Assembly (NCBI GenBank): GCA_000004985.1
Contig: GG739230.1
From: Naegleria gruberi
Lineage: Eukaryota
Direction: 5' to 3' (one strand)
Length of the DNA stretch: 3,253 bases
Part shown: positions 1-3,253 of the stretch, one piece after another
How the letters are laid out: the number at the start of each line of letters is the position of its first letter
Numbering within the stretch: position 1 is the first letter of the stretch
Program-made: the position numbers and the translations under genes
Notes under the pieces: generated by a model
Database searches by the model: none
What the model was told of the DNA's origin: nothing
The model's input: only the letters and a program-made list of their open reading frames with translations

Positions 1-5
1 AACCA

Positions 6-3000
6 ATGGTTCTTGAATCTGTATTATCTGAAGATAACAAGGTCTATTCAGACGCAAAGTCATACTGTCAACTGTTGTTGACTTGTGCCATTGCTTGTGA
101 AATTTCGTACATGCCTGATCCATTGTACACATTAAACAAGGAGTATTCCCAATTTGAGCATGGTATCAAGAAACTATGTAGTAGTATTACTAATGATATG
201 GACGCAAAGGCAACACTTGAAACAAGATATGTTGTGGCTGATTGTTCTGATGAAAATCGTAAAAGAATTGTTGTAGCAATTAGAGGTTCCTACTCCAAGT
301 CTGATATTTTGACAGATGTAAAGTTGATCCCTGCCATGAATTACTATGGATATGGCGTTTTACATAGTGGCTTCTTGGAAAGAGCCAAATTCATTCCACT
401 TGATTACTTTTTAGAAAAGATTAACGAAGGTTATCAAGTTGTTATTACTGGACACAGCATGGGTGGAGCAGTTGGGGCCATCCTTGCAACGCGATTGATG
501 CAAGCTACTGAAGCAAAGGCCATCAAGAAACCACCAATTCAATTCATTGGTTTTGGAGTTCCCTTGCTGGCTGATGTTAAGTTCAAAGAAAGAATTCTAA
601 AAGATGAACAGTCGAACTATTTCCATTTTTATATCAACGAAAAAGATTGTGTTCCAAGATCTATTAGTATTGTTAGTGAAATTATCAGTCTTTCTGCTGA
701 ATCAGATCTGATTGACCAAGTGTCAAACTTTCTAAAAACTGTTGTGTCGGCAATCTCCAGTATTACAGGAAGGGTTCATAGAGCAGAAATAATTAATTCT
801 GGTATATCTGTTTTCCAGTGGTTTTCTAAAGTAATTGCCAAGGTAATTCACAAATATGCACCACAGTTTTCTCCTTTTGGTAATCACATTCACATTTCCT
901 ATTCTAACAATAAGCAAATAGTTACTGAACATCAAGAGGAAATTTACGATTTAAGCGACAAGTTGGCAGAGATGTTCAGTAGAGAGAAACTGGAAATGAT
1001 TCAACACCACAAAATGACCAATTACTTTCATGAGGTGTTGAAGATTTGTGACTGTTTTGAATTCAAAAAAGATTGCTTTCTCAAAGGTTATTTCAATAAG
1101 AAAGCAGAAAAAATGCAAGATTTGCATGTTCCAGAAAATTGGTCCTTCGTTCCTCTTAGATGGGTTAAGAAGCAAGATGAAAATGCAGATGCCTTTGAAG
1201 GAAAGGAGTGCTACTCTGTTCGTCTGATTGTAAATGAAGCTACCGTTGATGTAAACTTGACACTAATTTCAAAGAAATTTGTGAATTACATTACAAAGGT
1301 TGAGATTATCAATCCTATTTGTCAGCAGGTGAGTGTTCGTGATGAGATGAATGGTGTTACTTATTGCCTAAGCGGAATCGTGAAAGACTTTTGGAAACAT
1401 AATACTTTGCATGTCAAATACCTACAAGTTAAGTTTACAACCCATTTCAACTCTGTTATTTGGGATCTTCCTGTTAGCCATGTAACTCCAGAAGTTGGAC
1501 AAAGTGTAAAGGAGGAGAAAATTTCCAAGTTACCAGTTGACCTCTTGTATATGTATGCTTTGAGTTTTATTTTCGCTACCAGCAAAGTTGAAGATGAATC
1601 GATAAGAGCGAAAAGAAGCAATTTACTCAGATTACTCGGAGATCTTGATGAACTCAATGAAGGGAGTACAATTCCAAAATCCAATATTGACAGTCAAGAG
1701 TTGAATATGAAACTATTAAGAATGTTCTTTGAGGGAACAAACGAGCAAGTTGGAGATTATGGTAAATTGTTCCATCTTAACTTTTCATTTTCCACTGAAA
1801 CAGCTAAATTGAGTGAAGAATCGTTGACTTTTAGAGATTTAGTTGATAAGAAATTTTTAACAGTTCTCCACCATAATTCAGTTCAATGTTCCTTAATTAA
1901 GGAAATGTTTTCTGAAAAGATTGGAATGGGAGCCAGTGCAGCAGGCCTTGGTATTAGCGCTGGTGTTTGTTCTGGTTTACTTTTCGTCCCAGGCATAAAC
2001 CTCTTTGCAATTGGTGCTCTGATAGCAACAGGAGTGGTGAGCTTGGCAAGTTTTGCAGCATTTATGGCCAATTATGTTAGGAAGAATAGAGATGTATTAG
2101 ATTATGAGCAAAATCTTAAAACATTCATGGACAGCTTTTATATAGTCTATTCACACAGTATACCTACTTTGTATCACTTTGAAAAATTGATTTTTGATTG
2201 GACTCGCACCAATTTATTGAAGTATGATGATAATGCTTACATTCTTGACCACTGGTCAGAAGTTTTCGGAAAGGGGTCTACCATTGGTTGGGTCAGTGTC
2301 TCCGAAAGGAAGAAAGTATTGAGAGTGTTGAAATCTGCGTGTATTAACTATCAAATCAGACAAGAATTGATGAAAAACTTCTACGTTGGAGTTGTTGGAA
2401 TGAAGAAATGTGGAAAATCAACATTTGTCGAAAAGTTCCTTCATAGAAATGCTAACGCCTCAAGTATAATAGCTACAACTGAAATTCAAGCATACCCACT
2501 AACAAGTAACTCATCCAATTTTGCTGTTTGGGACTTCCCACACTATGAAAGTCAGGATCATCTCCACAAAGTTCAATTTATTACTTCTCGTTTTTTATTG
2601 GACTATATTGTTGTTGTATACGATGCCCTTTCCAAATGTGATAAAGAAGAATGCAAAGAACATATCAATGTTATCAAACAAAGTAATGATCACAGATTCA
2701 TTGTTTTAATGAACAAGGCAGATGCGTTATATAAGCCAAACATGAATATGACAAAAGACCATTTTGATGACACAAGAAGGGAATGTTCCCTCAAACTTGG
2801 TGTAGATATTTCAAGAGTAATTTTGACCTCAGTTGACCCAGCTATAAATAATATCCACCAATTGAAACCTTGGGGTGTAAACATGATGTCAGAAATAAGA
2901 GATGTAATTTGGGAAGATTTAAAGACAACAGCAAAACGAACAGTTGCAGAGGTTGAACAAGAATGGAATAGTTTGAAGAAGTATGATGCCCTTAAAGTTA

Positions 3001-3215
3001 GCATTGAATTCAGAAGAAAGGGAAAGAATTCCTCCTTTTGCTTCTCTTGGGATAAATTAAAGAATTTGCAATTCAGAGAACTTGTAGAAGAGCTGAAGAA
3101 TGAATTTGATTATGACAATATCAAAATAACCACTAAGAATTCATTAGAAGAGATTTCAGATATGCAACAGTTACTAGAACATGAGGATCATGAATTCATT
3201 GTAGAAAAACAATAA
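6..3215 (+). CDS. Large multidomain protein (1069 aa): N-terminal class 3 lipase (alpha/beta hydrolase), central glycine-zipper transmembrane hairpin, C-terminal IRG/IIGP-like P-loop GTPase with helical tail
   Basis: A 3210-nt uninterrupted ORF from the ATG at 6-8 to the TAA at 3213-3215, followed by a second in-frame TAA. Recognisable catalytic motifs of two enzyme families occur in-frame (GHSMGG, DCVPR; GMKKCGKST, NKAD). Every other ORF in the window is under 110 aa and nested inside it. Only 5 nt lie upstream, so the true start could be further 5' of the window, although the N-terminus aligns sensibly with the start of Lipase_3 domains. Confidence 0.92.
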   Translation: MVLESVLSEDNKVYSDAKSYCQLLLTCAIACEISYMPDPLYTLNKEYSQFEHGIKKLCSSITNDMDAKATLETRYVVADCSDENRKRIVVAIRGSYSKSDILTDVKLIPAMNYYGYGVLHSGFLERAKFIPLDYFLEKINEGYQVVITGHSMGGAVGAILATRLMQATEAKAIKKPPIQFIGFGVPLLADVKFKERILKDEQSNYFHFYINEKDCVPRSISIVSEIISLSAESDLIDQVSNFLKTVVSAISSITGRVHRAEIINSGISVFQWFSKVIAKVIHKYAPQFSPFGNHIHISYSNNKQIVTEHQEEIYDLSDKLAEMFSREKLEMIQHHKMTNYFHEVLKICDCFEFKKDCFLKGYFNKKAEKMQDLHVPENWSFVPLRWVKKQDENADAFEGKECYSVRLIVNEATVDVNLTLISKKFVNYITKVEIINPICQQVSVRDEMNGVTYCLSGIVKDFWKHNTLHVKYLQVKFTTHFNSVIWDLPVSHVTPEVGQSVKEEKISKLPVDLLYMYALSFIFATSKVEDESIRAKRSNLLRLLGDLDELNEGSTIPKSNIDSQELNMKLLRMFFEGTNEQVGDYGKLFHLNFSFSTETAKLSEESLTFRDLVDKKFLTVLHHNSVQCSLIKEMFSEKIGMGASAAGLGISAGVCSGLLFVPGINLFAIGALIATGVVSLASFAAFMANYVRKNRDVLDYEQNLKTFMDSFYIVYSHSIPTLYHFEKLIFDWTRTNLLKYDDNAYILDHWSEVFGKGSTIGWVSVSERKKVLRVLKSACINYQIRQELMKNFYVGVVGMKKCGKSTFVEKFLHRNANASSIIATTEIQAYPLTSNSSNFAVWDFPHYESQDHLHKVQFITSRFLLDYIVVVYDALSKCDKEECKEHINVIKQSNDHRFIVLMNKADALYKPNMNMTKDHFDDTRRECSLKLGVDISRVILTSVDPAINNIHQLKPWGVNMMSEIRDVIWEDLKTTAKRTVAEVEQEWNSLKKYDALKVSIEFRRKGKNSSFCFSWDKLKNLQFRELVEELKNEFDYDNIKITTKNSLEEISDMQQLLEHEDHEFIVEKQ
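48..905 (+). other. Lipase class 3 (Lipase_3-like alpha/beta hydrolase) domain, aa ~15-300, probable triad Ser151/Asp214/His(294 or 296)
   Basis: CQLLLTCAIACEISY matches the N-terminal helix typical of this family. RIVVAIRGSYS (nt 264-296) matches the conserved 'VVAFRGT' strand. VVITGHSMGGAVGAILA has the nucleophile elbow GHSMG at nt 450-464 (Ser codon agc at 456-458). FYINEKDCVPRS has the Asp-x-VPR motif (Asp codon gat at 645-647), characteristic of Rhizomucor-type and DAD1/PLA1-type lipases. The His assignment is tentative. Confidence 0.85.
906..1922 (+). other. Central region of unknown function (aa ~301-639), soluble, mixed charge, Cys-containing (ICDCFEFKKDCF)
   Basis: I recognise no diagnostic catalytic motif here. 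There are no long hydrophobic stretches. A Lys-rich patch lies at aa 352-390 (KKDCFLKGYFNKKAEK...RWVKKQ). It could be a lipid/membrane-binding or regulatory linker domain. Confidence 0.3.
1923..2078 (+). other. Predicted transmembrane helical hairpin with glycine-zipper (aa 640-691)
   Basis: GMGASAAGLGISAGVCSGLLF-VPG-INLFAIGALIATGVVSLASFAAFMANYV is about 50 consecutive apolar/small residues. It has a G649xxxG653xxxG657 glycine zipper and a central Pro-Gly turn. It is flanked by the charged residues E638/K639 upstream and RKNRD downstream. This is locally the most GC-rich part of the gene, because of the GCN/GGN codons. Confidence 0.7.
2367..2885 (+). other. P-loop GTPase domain, IRG/IIGP-like (G1 2397-2420 GMKKCGKS; putative switch-I Thr824/825; G3-position WDFPH 2529-2543; G4 NKAD 2712-2723)
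   Basis: Walker A GxxxxGKS/T is preceded by the hydrophobic strand FYVGVV. NKxD, the guanine-specificity motif, is preceded by the hydrophobic strand RFIVLM. G1 to G3 is ~45 aa and G3 to G4 is ~60 aa, matching Ras-superfamily geometry. The W-D-x-P context of G3 and the GKS P-loop resemble immunity-related GTPases. The G3 Gly is replaced by His. Confidence 0.8.
2886..3212 (+). other. C-terminal charged, predicted alpha-helical/coiled-coil tail (aa 961-1069)
   Basis: It has heptad-like charged stretches (EIRDVIWEDLKTTAKRTVAEVEQEWNSLKKYDALK; LQFRELVEELKNEFDYD) and an acidic end (EHEDHEFIVEKQ). It is analogous to the helical C-terminal domains of IRG/dynamin-like GTPases. Confidence 0.45.
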
Positions 3216-3219
3216 TAAA
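3213..3219 (+). promoter_or_regulatory. Stop codon merged with AATAAA/TAAA polyadenylation-like signal (caaTAATAAAcc), followed by a T-rich tract at 3242-3250
   Basis: The stop TAA is at 3213-3215, AATAAA is at 3214-3219 and TAAA is at 3216-3219. About 22 nt later comes cTTTATTTTT. No GC-rich stem-loop precedes the T-run, so this does not look like a rho-independent terminator. It resembles a eukaryotic (e.g. trichomonad-type UAAA + U-rich) 3' end. Confidence 0.35.
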
Positions 3220-3253
3220 CCAATACAATCAAGTTTAAGACTTTATTTTTGTA

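Noticed and set aside
732-1175. Two short minus-strand ORFs (732..935, 951..1175)
   Set aside because: They are nested antisense in the lipase and middle regions of the main CDS. They are short and lack motifs.
1361-1684. Minus-strand 107-aa ORF
   Set aside because: It is nested antisense within the long CDS, has no recognisable motifs and has a low-complexity Ser/Leu composition. It is a shadow ORF.
1883-2071. Minus-strand 62-aa ORF (Ala/Pro-rich: MAINAAKLAKLTTPVAIRAPIAKR...)
   Set aside because: It lies exactly antisense to the Gly/Ala-rich TM segment of the main CDS. GCN/GGN codons read on the opposite strand give an open Ala/Pro-rich frame by composition alone. It is fully nested in a strongly supported 1069-aa ORF.
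2521-2709. Plus-strand 62-aa ORF in an alternative frame (MLFGTSHTMKVRIISTKF...)
   Set aside because: It is an out-of-frame overlap within the GTPase domain of the main ORF. It has a hydrophobic, low-complexity composition typical of an off-frame reading of AT-rich coding DNA.
2690-3004. Minus-strand 104-aa ORF antisense to the GTPase G4 / tail region
   Set aside because: It is a shadow ORF inside the main CDS with no independent signals. An AT-rich sequence with few stop codons in the antisense frame explains it.
592-3197. Recurrent GAATTC (EcoRI) hexamers (near 592, 1058, 3006, 3027, 3138, 3192), possible repeat or cloning artefact
   Set aside because: This AT-rich hexamer is expected by chance at this frequency. 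The occurrences are not periodically spaced and no repeat unit surrounds them.
3241-3253. T-run (cTTTATTTTTgta) as a rho-independent terminator
   Set aside because: No GC-rich inverted repeat precedes the T-tract in the 25 nt after the stop. It is better explained as a U-rich downstream element or plain AT-rich intergenic sequence.
1-3253. CRISPR arrays, tRNA/rRNA genes, IS elements or tandem repeats
   Set aside because: I found no direct or inverted repeat structure, no cloverleaf-compatible segment and no transposase-like motif. The whole window is accounted for by one protein-coding gene.

Overview
The window is almost entirely one long, uninterrupted plus-strand ORF (6..3215, 1069 aa) in an AT-rich sequence. 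Only 5 nt lie upstream of its ATG and 38 nt downstream of its stop, so no neighbouring genes or promoter can be seen. From the translation I read a three-part architecture. (1) An N-terminal class 3 (fungal/plant-type, Lipase_3) alpha/beta-hydrolase lipase domain. It has the beta-strand VVAIRGS, a textbook nucleophile elbow GHSMGGA (Ser151) and the family's Asp motif D214-CVPR. (2) A central ~50-residue Gly/Ala-rich hydrophobic segment (aa 640-691) with a GxxxGxxxG glycine zipper and a central Val-Pro-Gly turn, most simply read as a two-helix transmembrane hairpin. (3) A C-terminal P-loop GTPase domain. It has Walker A/G1 GMKKCGKST, a G3-position W-D-F-P-H (Asp kept, Gly replaced by His) and a canonical G4 NKAD, with Ras-like spacing between the motifs. 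The WDxP context and the GKS P-loop resemble immunity-related (IRG/IIGP-like) GTPases. An acidic, helical tail follows. There is no N-terminal signal peptide. I do not recognise a lipase - membrane hairpin - GTPase fusion of this kind as a described family. I propose it as a single-polypeptide, GTP-switched, membrane-anchored phospholipase effector, for example an immunity or abortive-infection type membrane-attacking system. The gene ends in a double stop TAATAA that creates an AATAAA/TAAA polyadenylation-like signal overlapping the stop codon. A T-rich tract follows and there is no hairpin terminator. With the codon usage (AGA Arg, TTG Leu, AAG Lys, CAA Gln), this suggests an intronless gene of an AT-rich eukaryote (Trichomonas-like end architecture) or a large DNA virus rather than a typical bacterium, but that cannot be settled from this window. 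All other listed ORFs are short shadow ORFs inside the big CDS.
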